The notes: generated by a model not told the origin, from the letters alone. Positions 25,697-41,025 are shown, counted from the first letter of the stretch. The stretch is DNA of 64,000 bases from Auanema rhodensis (GCA_964057225.1 CAXKVF010000099.1:25648-89647); one strand, 5' to 3'. A program made the numbers and translations.

Positions 25697-28512
25697 TGGT
25701 TACCATGCACCAATATCAATAAAAATTTGTTTTTAGACTAATATGGACATGGGGAATCTAATTTTGAAAACCGCATCTCTTTATCTTTCACGTGAAGCGA
25801 GTTACATACCGAGTGCACATCACGTGTACATTTAATTAGCATAAATTAGTGTTCACGTAAATTTCAAAGTCATGGTTACCATGAACCAATATCAATAAAA
25901 ATTTGTTTTTAGACTAATATGGACATGGGGAATCTAATTTTGAAAACCGCATCTCTTTATCTTTCACGTGAAGCGAGTTACATACCAAGTGCACATCACG
26001 TGTACATTTAATTAGCATAAATTAAAGTTCACGTAAATTTTAAAGTCATGGTTACCATGCACCAATATCAATAAAAATTTGTTTTTAGACTAATATGGAC
26101 ATGGGGAATCTAATTTTGAAAACCGCATCTCTTTATCTTTCACGTGAAGCGAGTTACATACCGAGTGCACATCACGTGTACATTTAATTAGCATAAATTA
26201 GTGTTCACGTAAATTTCAAGGTCATGGTTACCATGAACCAATATCAATAAAAATTTGTTTTTAGACTAATATGGACATGGGGAATCTAATTTTGAAAACC
26301 GCATCTCTTTATCTTTCACGTGAAGCGAGTTACATACCAAGTGCACATCACGTGTACATTTAATTAGCATAAATTAAAGTTCACGTAAATTTCAAAGTCA
26401 TGGTTACCATGAACCAATATCAATAAAAATTTGTTTTTAGACTAATATGGACATGGGGAATCTAATTTTGAAAACCGCATCTCTTTATCTTTCACGTGAA
26501 GCGGGTTACATACCAAGTGCACATCACGTGTACATTTAATTAGCATAAATTAAAGTTCACGTAAACTTCAAAGTCATGGTTACCATGCACCAATATCAAT
26601 AAAAATTTGTTTTTAGACTAATATGGACATGGGGAATCTAATTTTGAAAACCGCATCTCTTTATCTTTCACGTGAAGCGAGTTACATACCAAGTGCACAT
26701 CACGTGTACATTTAATTAGCATAAATTAAAGTTCACGTAAATTTCAAAGTCATGGTTACCATGAACCAATATCAATAAAAATTTGTTTTTAGACTAATAT
26801 GGACATGGGGAATCTAATTTTGAAAACCGCATCTCTTTATCTTTCACGTGAAGCGAGTTACATACCAAGTGCACATCACGTGTACATTTAATTAGCATAA
26901 ATTAAAGTTCACGTAAATTTCAAAGTCATGGTTACCATGCACCAATATCAATAAAAATTTGTTTTTAGACTAATATGGACATGGGGAATCTAATTTTGAA
27001 AACCGCATCTCTTTATCTTTCACGTGAAGCGAGTTACATACCGAGTGCACATCACGTGTACATTTAATTAGCATAAATTAGTGTTCACGTAAATTTCAAA
27101 GTCATGGTTACCATGAACCAATATCAATAAAAATTTGTTTTTAGACTAATATGGACATGGGGAATCTAATTTTGAAAACCGCATCTCTTTATCTTTCACG
27201 TGAAGCGAGTTACATACCGAGTGCACATCACGTGTACATTTAATTAGCATAAATTAGTGTTCACGTAAATTTCAAAGTCATGGTTACCATGAACCAATAT
27301 CAATAAAAATTTGTTTTTAGACTAATATGGACATGGGGAATCTAATTTTGAAAACCGCATCTCTTTATCTTTCACGTGAAGCGAGTTACATACCAAGTGC
27401 ACATCACGTGTACATTTAATTAGCATAAATTAAAGTTCACGTAAATTTTAAAGTCATGGTTACCATGCACCAATATCAATAAAAATTTGTTTTTAGACTA
27501 ATATGGACATGGGGAATCTAATTTTGAAAACCGCATCTCTTTATCTTTCACGTGAAGCGAGTTACATACCGAGTGCACATCACGTGTACATTTAATTAGC
27601 ATAAATTAGTGTTCACGTAAATTTCAAGGTCATGGTTACCATGAACCAATATCAATAAAAATTTGTTTTTAGACTAATATGGACATGGGGAATCTAATTT
27701 TGAAAACCGCATCTCTTTATCTTTCACGTGAAGCGAGTTACATACCAAGTGCACATCACGTGTACATTTAATTAGCATAAATTAAAGTTCACGTAAATTT
27801 CAAAGTCATGGTTACCATGAACCAATATCAATAAAAATTTGTTTTTAGACTAATATGGACATGGGGAATCTAATTTTGAAAACCGCATCTCTTTATCTTT
27901 CACGTGAAGCGGGTTACATACCAAGTGCACATCACGTGTACATTTAATTAGCATAAATTAAAGTTCACGTAAACTTCAAAGTCATGGTTACCATGCACCA
28001 ATATCAATAAAAATTTGTTTTTAGACTAATATGGACATGGGGAATCTAATTTTGAAAACCGCATCTCTTTATCTTTCACGTGAAGCGAGTTACATACCAA
28101 GTGCACATCACGTGTACATTTAATTAGCATAAATTAAAGTTCACGTAAATTTCAAAGTCATGGTTACCATGAACCAATATCAATAAAAATTTGTTTTTAG
28201 ACTAATATGGACATGGGGAATCTAATTTTGAAAACCGCATCTCTTTATCTTTCACGTGAAGCGAGTTACATACCAAGTGCACATCACGTGTACATTTAAT
28301 TAGCATAAATTAAAGTTCACGTAAATTTCAAAGTCATGGTTACCATGCACCAATATCAATAAAAATTTGTTTTTAGACTAATATGGACATGGGGAATCTA
28401 ATTTTGAAAACCGCATCTCTTTATCTTTCACGTGAAGCGAGTTACATACCGAGTGCACATCACGTGTACATTTAATTAGCATAAATTAGTGTTCACGTAA
28501 ATTTCAAAGTCA
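25697..28512. repeat. 8-monomer (1408-bp) tandem duplication
   Basis: GCGGGTT at 26504 and 27912 (1408 bp apart), with matching TTTTAAAG, CCGAG+AGTG+AGGTC and AAACTT markers in the same order. Confidence 0.8.
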
Positions 28513-30448
28513 TGGTTACCATGAACCAATATCAATAAAAATTTGTTTTTAGACTAATATGGACATGGGGAATCTAATTTTGAAAACCGCATCTCTTTAT
28601 CTTTCACGTGAAGCGAGTTACATACCAAGTGCACATCACGTGTACATTTAATTAGCATAAATTAAAGTTCACGTAAATTTCAAAGTCATGGTTACCATGA
28701 AGCAATATCAATAAAAATTTGTTTTTAGACTAATATGGACATGGGGAATCTAATTTTGAAAACCGCATTTCTTTATTTTTCACGTGAAGCGAGTTACATA
28801 CCAAGTGCACATCACGTGTACATTTAATTAGCATAAATTAAAGTTCACGTAAACTTCAAAGTCATGGTTACCATGCACCAATATCAATAAAAATTTGTTT
28901 TTAGACTAATATGGACATGGGGAATCTAATTTTGAAAACCGCATCTCTTTATCTTTCACGTGAAGCGAGTTACATACCAAGTGCACATCACGTGTACATT
29001 TAATTAGCATAAATTAAAGTTCACGTAAATTTCAAAGTCATGGTTACCATGAACCAATATCAATAAAAATTTGTTTTTAGACTAATATGGACATGGGGAA
29101 TCTAATTTTGAAAACCGCATCTCTTTATCTTTCACGTGAAGCGAGTTACATACCAAGTGCACATCACGTGTACATTTAATTAGCATAAATTAAAGTTCAC
29201 GTAAATTTCAAAGTCATGGTTACCATGCACCAATATCAATAAAAATTTGTTTTTAGACTAATATGGACATGGGGAATCTAATTTTGAAAACCGCATCTCT
29301 TTATCTTTCACGTGAAGCGAGTTACATACCGAGTGCACATCACGTGTACATTTAATTAGCATAAATTAGTGTTCACGTAAATTTCAAAGTCATGGTTACC
29401 ATGAACCAATATCAATAAAAATTTGTTTTTAGACTAATATGGACATGGGGAATCTAATTTTGAAAACCGCATCTCTTTATCTTTCACGTGAAGCGAGTTA
29501 CATACCAAGTGCACATCACGTGTACATTTAATTAGCATAAATTAAAGTTCACGTAAATTTCAAAGTCATGGTTACCATGAAGCAATATCAATAAAAATTT
29601 GTTTTTAGACTAATATGGACATGGGGAATCTAATTTTGAAAACCGCATTTCTTTATTTTTCACGTGAAGCGAGTTACATACCAAGTGCACATCACGTGTA
29701 CATTTAATTAGCATAAATTAAAGTTCACGTAAATTTCAAAGTCATGGTTACCATGCACCAATATCAATAAAAATTTGTTTTTAGACTAATATGGACATGG
29801 GGAATCTAATTTTGAAAACCGCATCTCTTTATCTTTCACGTGAAGCGAGTTACATACCAAGTGCACATCACGTGTACATTTAATTAGCATAAATTAAAGT
29901 TCACGTAAATTTCAAAGTCATGGTTACCATGAACCAATATCAATAAAAATTTGTTTTTAGACTAATATGGACATGGGGAATCTAATTTTGAAAACCGCAT
30001 CTCTTTATCTTTCACGTGAAGCGAGTTACATACCAAGTGCACATCACGTGTACATTTAATTAGCATAAATTAAAGTTCACGTAAATTTTAAAGTCATGGT
30101 TACCATGCACCAATATCAATAAAAATTTGTTTTTAGACTAATATGGACATGGGGAATCTAATTTTGAAAACCGCATCTCTTTATCTTTCACGTGAAGCGA
30201 GTTACATACCGAGTGCACATCACGTGTACATTTAATTAGCATAAATTAGTGTTCACGTAAATTTCAAGGTCATGGTTACCATGAACCAATATCAATAAAA
30301 ATTTGTTTTTAGACTAATATGGACATGGGGAATCTAATTTTGAAAACCGCATCTCTTTATCTTTCACGTGAAGCGAGTTACATACCAAGTGCACATCACG
30401 TGTACATTTAATTAGCATAAATTAAAGTTCACGTAAATTTCAAAGTCA

Positions 30449-33400
30449 TGGTTACCATGAACCAATATCAATAAAAATTTGTTTTTAGACTAATATGGAC
30501 ATGGGGAATCTAATTTTGAAAACCGCATCTCTTTATCTTTCACGTGAAGCGGGTTACATACCAAGTGCACATCACGTGTACATTTAATTAGCATAAATTA
30601 AAGTTCACGTAAACTTCAAAGTCATGGTTACCATGCACCAATATCAATAAAAATTTGTTTTTAGACTAATATGGACATGGGGAATCTAATTTTGAAAACC
30701 GCATCTCTTTATCTTTCACGTGAAGCGAGTTACATACCAAGTGCACATCACGTGTACATTTAATTAGCATAAATTAAAGTTCACGTAAATTTCAAAGTCA
30801 TGGTTACCATGAACCAATATCAATAAAAATTTGTTTTTAGACTAATATGGACATGGGGAATCTAATTTTGAAAACCGCATCTCTTTATCTTTCACGTGAA
30901 GCGAGTTACATACCAAGTGCACATCACGTGTACATTTAATTAGCATAAATTAAAGTTCACGTAAATTTCAAAGTCATGGTTACCATGCACCAATATCAAT
31001 AAAAATTTGTTTTTAGACTAATATGGACATGGGGAATCTAATTTTGAAAACCGCATCTCTTTATCTTTCACGTGAAGCGAGTTACATACCGAGTGCACAT
31101 CACGTGTACATTTAATTAGCATAAATTAGTGTTCACGTAAATTTCAAAGTCATGGTTACCATGAACCAATATCAATAAAAATTTGTTTTTAGACTAATAT
31201 GGACATGGGGAATCTAATTTTGAAAACCGCATCTCTTTATCTTTCACGTGAAGCGAGTTACATACCAAGTGCACATCACGTGTACATTTAATTAGCATAA
31301 ATTAAAGTTCACGTAAATTTCAAAGTCATGGTTACCATGAAGCAATATCAATAAAAATTTGTTTTTAGACTAATATGGACATGGGGAATCTAATTTTGAA
31401 AACCGCATTTCTTTATTTTTCACGTGAAGCGAGTTACATACCAAGTGCACATCACGTGTACATTTAATTAGCATAAATTAAAGTTCACGTAAATTTCAAA
31501 GTCATGGTTACCATGCACCAATATCAATAAAAATTTGTTTTTAGACTAATATGGACATGGGGAATCTAATTTTGAAAACCGCATCTCTTTATCTTTCACG
31601 TGAAGCGAGTTACATACCAAGTGCACATCACGTGTACATTTAATTAGCATAAATTAAAGTTCACGTAAATTTCAAAGTCATGGTTACCATGAACCAATAT
31701 CAATAAAAATTTGTTTTTAGACTAATATGGACATGGGGAATCTAATTTTGAAAACCGCATCTCTTTATCTTTCACGTGAAGCGAGTTACATACCAAGTGC
31801 ACATCACGTGTACATTTAATTAGCATAAATTAAAGTTCACGTAAATTTCAAAGTCATGGTTACCATGAACCAATATCACTAAAAATTTGTTTTTAAACTA
31901 ATATGGACATGGGGAATCTAATTTTGAAAACCGCATCTCTTTATCTTTCACGTGAAGCGAGTTACATACCAAGTGCACATCACGTGTACATTTAATTAGC
32001 ATAAATTAAAGTTCACGTAAACTTCAAAGTCATGGTTACCATGAAGCAATATCAATAAAAATTTGTTTTTAGACTAATATGGACATGGGGAATCTAATTT
32101 TGAAAACCGCATCTCTTTATCTTTCACGTGAAGCGAGTTACATACCAAGTGCACATCACGTGTACATTTAATTAGCATAAATTAAAGTTCACGTAAATTT
32201 CAAAGTCATGGTTACCATGAACCAATATCAATAAAAATTTGTTTTTAGACTAATATGGACATGGGGAATCTAATTTTGAAAACCGCATCTCTTTATCTTT
32301 CACGTGAAGCGAGTTACATACCAAGTGCACATCACGTGTACATTTAATTAGCATAAATTAAAGTTCACGTAAATTTCAAAGTCATGGTTACCATGAACCA
32401 ATATCAATAAAAATTTGTTTTTAGACTAATATGGACATGGGGAATCTAATTTTGAAAACCGCATCTCTTTATCTTTCACGTGAAGCGAGTTACATACCAA
32501 GTGCACATCACGTGTACATTTAATTAGCATAAATTAAAGTTCACGTAAATTTCAAAGTCATGGTTACCATGAAGCAATATCAATAAAAATTTGTTTTTAG
32601 ACTAATATGGACATGGGGAATCTAATTTTGAAAACCGCATCTCTTTATCTTTCACGTGAAGCGAGTTACATACCAAGTGCACATCACGTGTACATTTAAT
32701 TAGCATGAATTAAAGTTCACGTAAATTTCAAAGTCATGGTTACCATGCACCAATATCAATAAAAATTTGTTTTTAGACTAATATGGACATGGGGAATATA
32801 ATTTTGAAAACCGCATCTCTTTATCTTTCACGTGAAGCGAGTTACATACCAAGTGCACATCACGTGTACATTTAATTAGCATAAATTAAAGTTCACGTAA
32901 ATTTCAAAGTCATGGTTACCATGAACCAATATCAATAAAAATTTGTTTTTAGACTAATATGGACATGGGGAATCTAATTTTGAAAACCGCATCTCTTTAT
33001 CTTTCACGTGAAGCGAGTTACATACCAAGTGCACATCACGTGTACATTTAATTAGCATAAATTAAAGTTCACGTAAATTTCAAAGTCATGGTTACCATGA
33101 AGCAATATCAATAAAAATTTGTTTTTAGACTAATATGGACATGGGGAATCTAATTTTGAAAACCGCATCTCTTTATCTTTCACGTGAAGCGAGTTACATA
33201 CCAAGTGCACATCACGTGTACATTTAATTAGCATAAATTAAAGTTCACGTAAATTTCAAAGTCATGGTTACCATGCACCAATATCAATAAAAATTTGTTT
33301 TTAGACTAATATGGACATGAGGAATCTAATTTTGAAAACCGCATCTCTTTATCTTTCACGTGAAGCGAGTTACATACCAAGTGCACATCACGTGTACATT

Positions 33401-36400
33401 TAATTAGCATAAATTAAAGTTCACGTAAATTTCAAAGTCATGGTTACCATGAACCAATATCAATAAAAATTTGTTTTTAGACTAATATGGACAAGGGGAA
33501 TCTAATTTTGAGAACCGCATCTCTTTATCTTTCACGTGAAGCGAGTTACATACCAAGTGCACATCACGTGTACATTTAATTAGCATAAATTAAAGTTCAC
33601 GTAAATTTCAAAGTCATGGTTACCATGAACCAATATCAATAAAAATTTGTTTTTAGACTAATATGGACATGGGGAATCTAATTTTGAAAACCGCATCTCT
33701 TCATCTTTCACGTGAAGCGAGTTACATACCAAGTGCACATCACGTGTACATTTAATTAGCATAAATTAAAGTTCACGTAAACTTCAAAGTCATGGTTACC
33801 ATGAAGCAATATCAATGAAAATTTGTTTTTAGACTAATATGGACATGGGGAATCTAATTTTGAAAACCGCATATCTTTATCTTTCACGTGAAGCGAGTTA
33901 CATACCAAGTGCACATCACGTGTACATTTAATTAGCATAAATTAAAGTTCACGTAAACTTCAAAGTCATGGTTACCATGAAGCAATATCAATAAAAATTT
34001 GTTTTTAGACTAATATGGACATGGGGAATCTAATTTTGAAAACCGCATCTCTTTATCTTTCACGTGAAGCGAGTTACATACCAAGTGCACATCACGTGTA
34101 CATTTAATTAGCATAAATTAAAGTTCACGTAAATTTCAAAGTCATGGTTACCATGAACCAATATCAATAAAAATTTGTTTTTAGACTAATATGGACATGG
34201 GGAATCTAATTTTGAAAACCGCATCTCTTTATCTTTCACGTGAAGCGAGTTACATACCAAGTGCACATCACGTGTACATTTAATTAACATAAATTGAAGT
34301 TCACGTAAATTTCAAAGTCATGGTTACCATGCACCAATATCAATAAAAATTTGTTTTTAGACTAATATGGACATGGGGAATCTAATTTTGAAAACCGCAT
34401 ATCTTTATCTTTCACGTGAAGCGAGTTACATACCAAGTGCACATCACGTGTACATTTAATTAGCATAAATTAAAGTTCACGTAAATTTCAAAGTCATGGT
34501 TACCATGAACCAATATCAATAAAAATTTGTTTTTAGACTAATATGGACATGGGGAATCTAATTTTGAAAACCGCATCTCTTCATCTTTCACGTGAAGCGA
34601 GTTACATACCAAGTGCACATCACGTGTACATTTAATTAGCATAAATTAAAGTTCACGTAAACTTCAAAGTCATGGTTACCATGAAGCAATATCAATAAAA
34701 ATTTGTTTTTAGACTAATATGGACATGGGGAATCTAATTTTGAAAACCGCACCTCTTTATCTTTCACGTGAAGCGAGTTACATACCAAGTGCACATCACG
34801 TGTACATTTAATTAGCATAAATTAAAGTTCACGTAAATTTCAAAGTCATGGTTACCATGAACCAATATCAATAAAAATTTGTTTTTAGACTAATATGGAC
34901 ATGGGGAATCTAATTTTGAAAACCGCATCTCTTTATCTTTCACGTGAAGCGAGTTACATACCAAGTGCACATCACGTGTACATTTAATTAACATAAATTG
35001 AAGTTCACGTAAATTTCAAAGTCATGGTTACCATGCACCAATATCAATAAAAATTTGTTTTTAGACTAATATGGACATGGGGAATCTAATTTTGAAAACC
35101 GCATCTCTTTATCTTTCACGTGAAGCGAGTTACATACCAAGTGCACATCACGTGTACATTTAATTAGCATAAATTAAAGTTCACGTAAATTTCAAAGTCA
35201 TGGTTACCATGAACCAATATCAATAAAAATTTGTTTTTAGACTAATATGGACATGGGGAATCTAATTTTGAAAACCGCATCTCTTTATCTTTCACGTGAA
35301 GCGGGTTACATACCAAGTGCACATCACGTGTACATTTAATTAGCATAAATTAAAGTTCACGTAAACTTCAAAGTCATGGTTACCATGCACCAATATCAAT
35401 AAAAATTTGTTTTTAGACTAATATGGACATGGGGAATCTAATTTTGAAAACCGCATCTCTTTATCTTTCACGTGAAGCGAGTTACATACCAAGTGCACAT
35501 CACGTGTACATTTAATTAGCATAAATTAAAGTTCACGTAAATTTCAAAGTCATGGTTACCATGAACCAATATCAATAAAAATTTGTTTTTAGACTAATAT
35601 GGACATGGGGAATCTAATTTTGAAAACCGCATCTCTTTATCTTTCACGTGAAGCGAGTTACATACCAAGTGCACATCACGTGTACATTTAATTAGCATAA
35701 ATTAAAGTTCACGTAAATTTCAAAGTCATGGTTACCATGCACCAATATCAATAAAAATTTGTTTTTAGACTAATATGGACATGGGGAATCTAATTTTGAA
35801 AACCGCATCTCTTTATCTTTCACGTGAAGCGAGTTACATACCGAGTGCACATCACGTGTACATTTAATTAGCATAAATTAGTGTTCACGTAAATTTCAAA
35901 GTCATGGTTACCATGAACCAATATCAATAAAAATTTGTTTTTAGACTAATATGGACATGGGGAATCTAATTTTGAAAACCGCATCTCTTTATCTTTCACG
36001 TGAAGCGAGTTACATACCAAGTGCACATCACGTGTACATTTAATTAGCATAAATTAAAGTTCACGTAAATTTCAAAGTCATGGTTACCATGCACCAATAT
36101 CAATAAAAATTTGTTTTTAGACTAATATGGACATGGGGAATCTAATTTTGAAAACCGCATCTCTTTATCTTTCACGTGAAGCGAGTTACATACCGAGTGC
36201 ACATCACGTGTACATTTAATTAGCATAAATTAGTGTTCACGTAAATTTCAAAGTCATGGTTACCATGAACCAATATCAATAAAAATTTGTTTTTAGACTA
36301 ATATGGACATGGGGAATCTAATTTTGAAAACCGCATCTCTTTATCTTTCACGTGAAGCGAGTTACATACCAAGTGCACATCACGTGTACATTTAATTAGC

Positions 36401-39400
36401 ATAAATTAAAGTTCACGTAAATTTCAAAGTCATGGTTACCATGCACCAATATCAATAAAAATTTGTTTTTAGACTAATATGGACATGGGGAATCTAATTT
36501 TGAAAACCGCATCTCTTTATCTTTCACGTGAAGCGAGTTACATACCGAGTGCACATCACGTGTACATTTAATTAGCATAAATTAGTGTTCACGTAAATTT
36601 CAAAGTCATGGTTACCATGAACCAATATCAATAAAAATTTGTTTTTAGACTAATATGGACATGGGGAATCTAATTTTGAAAACCGCATCTCTTTATCTTT
36701 CACGTGAAGCGAGTTACATACCAAGTGCACATCACGTGTACATTTAATTAGCATAAATTAAAGTTCACGTAAATTTCAAAGTCATGGTTACCATGAAGCA
36801 ATATCAATAAAAATTTGTTTTTAGACTAATATGGACATGGGGAATCTAATTTTGAAAACCGCATTTCTTTATTTTTCACGTGAAGCGAGTTACATACCAA
36901 GTGCACATCACGTGTACATTTAATTAGCATAAATTAAAGTTCACGTAAATTTCAAAGTCATGGTTACCATGCACCAATATCAATAAAAATTTGTTTTTAG
37001 ACTAATATGGACATGGGGAATCTAATTTTGAAAACCGCATCTCTTTATCTTTCACGTGAAGCGAGTTACATACCAAGTGCACATCACGTGTACATTTAAT
37101 TAGCATAAATTAAAGTTCACGTAAATTTCAAAGTCATGGTTACCATGAACCAATATCAATAAAAATTTGTTTTTAGACTAATATGGACATGGGGAATCTA
37201 ATTTTGAAAACCGCATCTCTTTATCTTTCACGTGAAGCGAGTTACATACCAAGTGCACATCACGTGTACATTTAATTAGCATAAATTAAAGTTCACGTAA
37301 ATTTCAAAGTCATGGTTACCATGAACCAATATCACTAAAAATTTGTTTTTAAACTAATATGGACATGGGGAATCTAATTTTGAAAACCGCATCTCTTTAT
37401 CTTTCACGTGAAGCGAGTTACATACCAAGTGCACATCACGTGTACATTTAATTAGCATAAATTAAAGTTCACGTAAACTTCAAAGTCATGGTTACCATGA
37501 AGCAATATCAATAAAAATTTGTTTTTAGACTAATATGGACATGGGGAATCTAATTTTGAAAACCGCATCTCTTTATCTTTCACGTGAAGCGAGTTACATA
37601 CCAAGTGCACATCACGTGTACATTTAATTAGCATAAATTAAAGTTCACGTAAATTTCAAAGTCATGGTTACCATGAACCAATATCAATAAAAATTTGTTT
37701 TTAGACTAATATGGACATGGGGAATCTAATTTTGAAAACCGCATCTCTTTATCTTTCACGTGAAGCGAGTTACATACCAAGTGCACATCACGTGTACATT
37801 TAATTAGCATAAATTAAAGTTCACGTAAATTTCAAAGTCATGGTTACCATGAACCAATATCAATAAAAATTTGTTTTTAGACTAATATGGACATGGGGAA
37901 TCTAATTTTGAAAACCGCATCTCTTTATCTTTCACGTGAAGCGAGTTACATACCAAGTGCACATCACGTGTACATTTAATTAGCATAAATTAAAGTTCAC
38001 GTAAATTTCAAAGTCATGGTTACCATGAAGCAATATCAATAAAAATTTGTTTTTAGACTAATATGGACATGGGGAATCTAATTTTGAAAACCGCATCTCT
38101 TTATCTTTCACGTGAAGCGAGTTACATACCAAGTGCACATCACGTGTACATTTAATTAGCATGAATTAAAGTTCACGTAAATTTCAAAGTCATGGTTACC
38201 ATGCACCAATATCAATAAAAATTTGTTTTTAGACTAATATGGACATGGGGAATATAATTTTGAAAACCGCATCTCTTTATCTTTCACGTGAAGCGAGTTA
38301 CATACCAAGTGCACATCACGTGTACATTTAATTAGCATAAATTAAAGTTCACGTAAATTTCAAAGTCATGGTTACCATGAACCAATATCAATAAAAATTT
38401 GTTTTTAGACTAATATGGACATGGGGAATCTAATTTTGAAAACCGCATCTCTTTATCTTTCACGTGAAGCGAGTTACATACCAAGTGCACATCACGTGTA
38501 CATTTAATTAGCATAAATTAAAGTTCACGTAAATTTCAAAGTCATGGTTACCATGAAGCAATATCAATAAAAATTTGTTTTTAGACTGATATGGACATGG
38601 GGAATCTAATTTTGAAAACCGCATCTCTTTATCTTTCACGTGAAGCGAGTTACATACCAAGTGCACATCACGTGTACATTTAATTAGCATAAATTAAAGT
38701 TCACGTAAATTTCAAAGTCATGGTTACCATGCACCAATATCAATAAAAATTTGTTTTTAGACTAATATGGACATGGGGAATCTAATTTTGAAAACCGCAT
38801 CTCTTTATCTTTCACGTGAAGCGAGTTACATACCAAGTGCACATCACGTGTACATTTAATTAGCATAAATTAAAGTTCACGTAAATTTCAAAGTCATGGT
38901 TACCATGAACCAATATCAATAAAAATTTGTTTTTAGACTAATATGGACAAGGGGAATCTAATTTTGAGAACCGCATCTCTTTATCTTTCACGTGAAGCGA
39001 GTTACATACCAAGTGCACATCACGTGTACATTTAATTAGCATAAATTAAAGTTCACGTAAATTTCAAAGTCATGGTTACCATGAACCAATATCAATAAAA
39101 ATTTGTTTTTAGACTAATATGGACATGGGGAATCTAATTTTGAAAACCGCATCTCTTCATCTTTCACGTGAAGCGAGTTACATACCAAGTGCACATCACG
39201 TGTACATTTAATTAGCATAAATTAAAGTTCACGTAAACTTCAAAGTCATGGTTACCATGAAGCAATATCAATAAAAATTTGTTTTTAGACTAATATGGAC
39301 ATGGGGAATCTAATTTTGAAAACCGCATATCTTTATCTTTCACGTGAAGCGAGTTACATACCAAGTGCACATCACGTGTACATTTAATTAGCATAAATTA

Positions 39401-40656
39401 AAGTTCACGTAAACTTCAAAGTCATGGTTACCATGAAGCAATATCAATAAAAATTTGTTTTTAGACTAATATGGACATGGGGAATCTAATTTTGAAAACC
39501 GCATCTCTTTATCTTTCACGTGAAGCGAGTTACATACCAAGTGCACATCACGTGTACATTTAATTAGCATAAATTAAAGTTCACGTAAATTTCAAAGTCA
39601 TGGTTACCATGAACCAATATCAATAAAAATTTGTTTTTAGACTAATATGGACATGGGGAATCTAATTTTGAAAACCGCATCTCTTTATCTTTCACGTGAA
39701 GCGAGTTACATACCAAGTGCACATCACGTGTACATTTAATTAACATAAATTGAAGTTCACGTAAATTTCAAAGTCATGGTTACCATGCACCAATATCAAT
39801 AAAAATTTGTTTTTAGACTAATATGGACATGGGGAATCTAATTTTGAAAACCGCATATCTTTATCTTTCACGTGAAGCGAGTTACATACCAAGTGCACAT
39901 CACGTGTACATTTAATTAGCATAAATTAAAGTTCACGTAAATTTCAAAGTCATGGTTACCATGAACCAATATCAATAAAAATTTGTTTTTAGACTAATAT
40001 GGACATGGGGAATCTAATTTTGAAAACCGCATCTCTTCATCTTTCACGTGAAGCGAGTTACATACCAAGTGCACATCACGTGTACATTTAATTAGCATAA
40101 ATTAAAGTTCACGTAAACTTCAAAGTCATGGTTACCATGAAGCAATATCAATAAAAATTTGTTTTTAGACTAATATGGACATGGGGAATCTAATTTTGAA
40201 AACCGCACCTCTTTATCTTTCACGTGAAGCGAGTTACATACCAAGTGCACATCACGTGTACATTTAATTAGCATAAATTAAAGTTCACGTAAATTTCAAA
40301 GTCATGGTTACCATGAACCAATATCAATAAAAATTTGTTTTTAGACTAATATGGACATGGGGAATCTAATTTTGAAAACCGCATCTCTTTATCTTTCACG
40401 TGAAGCGAGTTACATACCAAGTGCACATCACGTGTACATTTAATTAACATAAATTGAAGTTCACGTAAATTTCAAAGTCATGGTTACCATGCACCAATAT
40501 CAATAAAAATTTGTTTTTAGACTAATATGGACATGGGGAATCTAATTTTGAAAACCGCATCTCTTTATCTTTCACGTGAAGCGAGTTACATACCAAGTGC
40601 ACATCACGTGTACATTTAATTAGCATAAATTAAAGTTCACGTAAATTTCAAAGTCA
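30449..40656. repeat. 27-monomer (4752-bp) tandem duplication; the second copy carries two extra dimers (31 monomers)
   Basis: GCGGGTT at 30552/35304 is offset by 4752 bp. Downstream markers CACTAAA, GCATGAAT, AATATA, ACAAGG (33494/38950), CTTCAT, CATATC, CACCTC and TTAAC..TTGA are offset by 5456 bp (31 monomers). Confidence 0.85.
35553..36608. repeat. Dimer (352-bp) triplication
   Basis: CCGAG marker at 35843, 36195 and 36547, each in a GCAC monomer with TTAGTGTTC, alternating with consensus monomers. Confidence 0.85.
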
Positions 40657-40832
40657 TGGTTACCATGAACCAATATCAATAAAAATTTGTTTTTAGACTA
40701 ATATAGACATGGGGAATCTAATTTTGAAAACCGCATCTCTTTATCTTTCACGTGAAGCGAGTTACATACCAAGTGCACATCACGTGTACATTTAATTAGC
40801 ATAAATTAAAGTTCACGTAAATTTCAAAGTCA

Positions 40833-41025
40833 TGGTTACCATGAAGCAATATCAATAAAAATTTGTTTTTAGACTAATATGGACATGGGGAATCTAATTT
40901 TGAAAACCACATCTCTTTATCTTTCACGTGAAGCGAGTTACATACCAAGTGCACATCACGTGTACATTTAATTAGCGTGTACATTTAATTAGCATAAATT
41001 AAAGTTCACGTAAATTTCAAAGTCA
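40833..41025 (+). repeat. 193-bp variant monomer with a 17-bp internal tandem duplication (GTGTACATTTAATTAGC x2, 40960-40993)
   Basis: Reads CACGTGTACATTTAATTAGC-GTGTACATTTAATTAGC-ATAAATT. Monomer phase shifts by +17 (next start 41026). Confidence 0.95.

Noticed and set aside
38508-38690. Identical 60-aa minus-strand ORF
   Set aside because: Same stop-removing SNP at 38588; protein identity reflects satellite homogeneity, not coding constraint.
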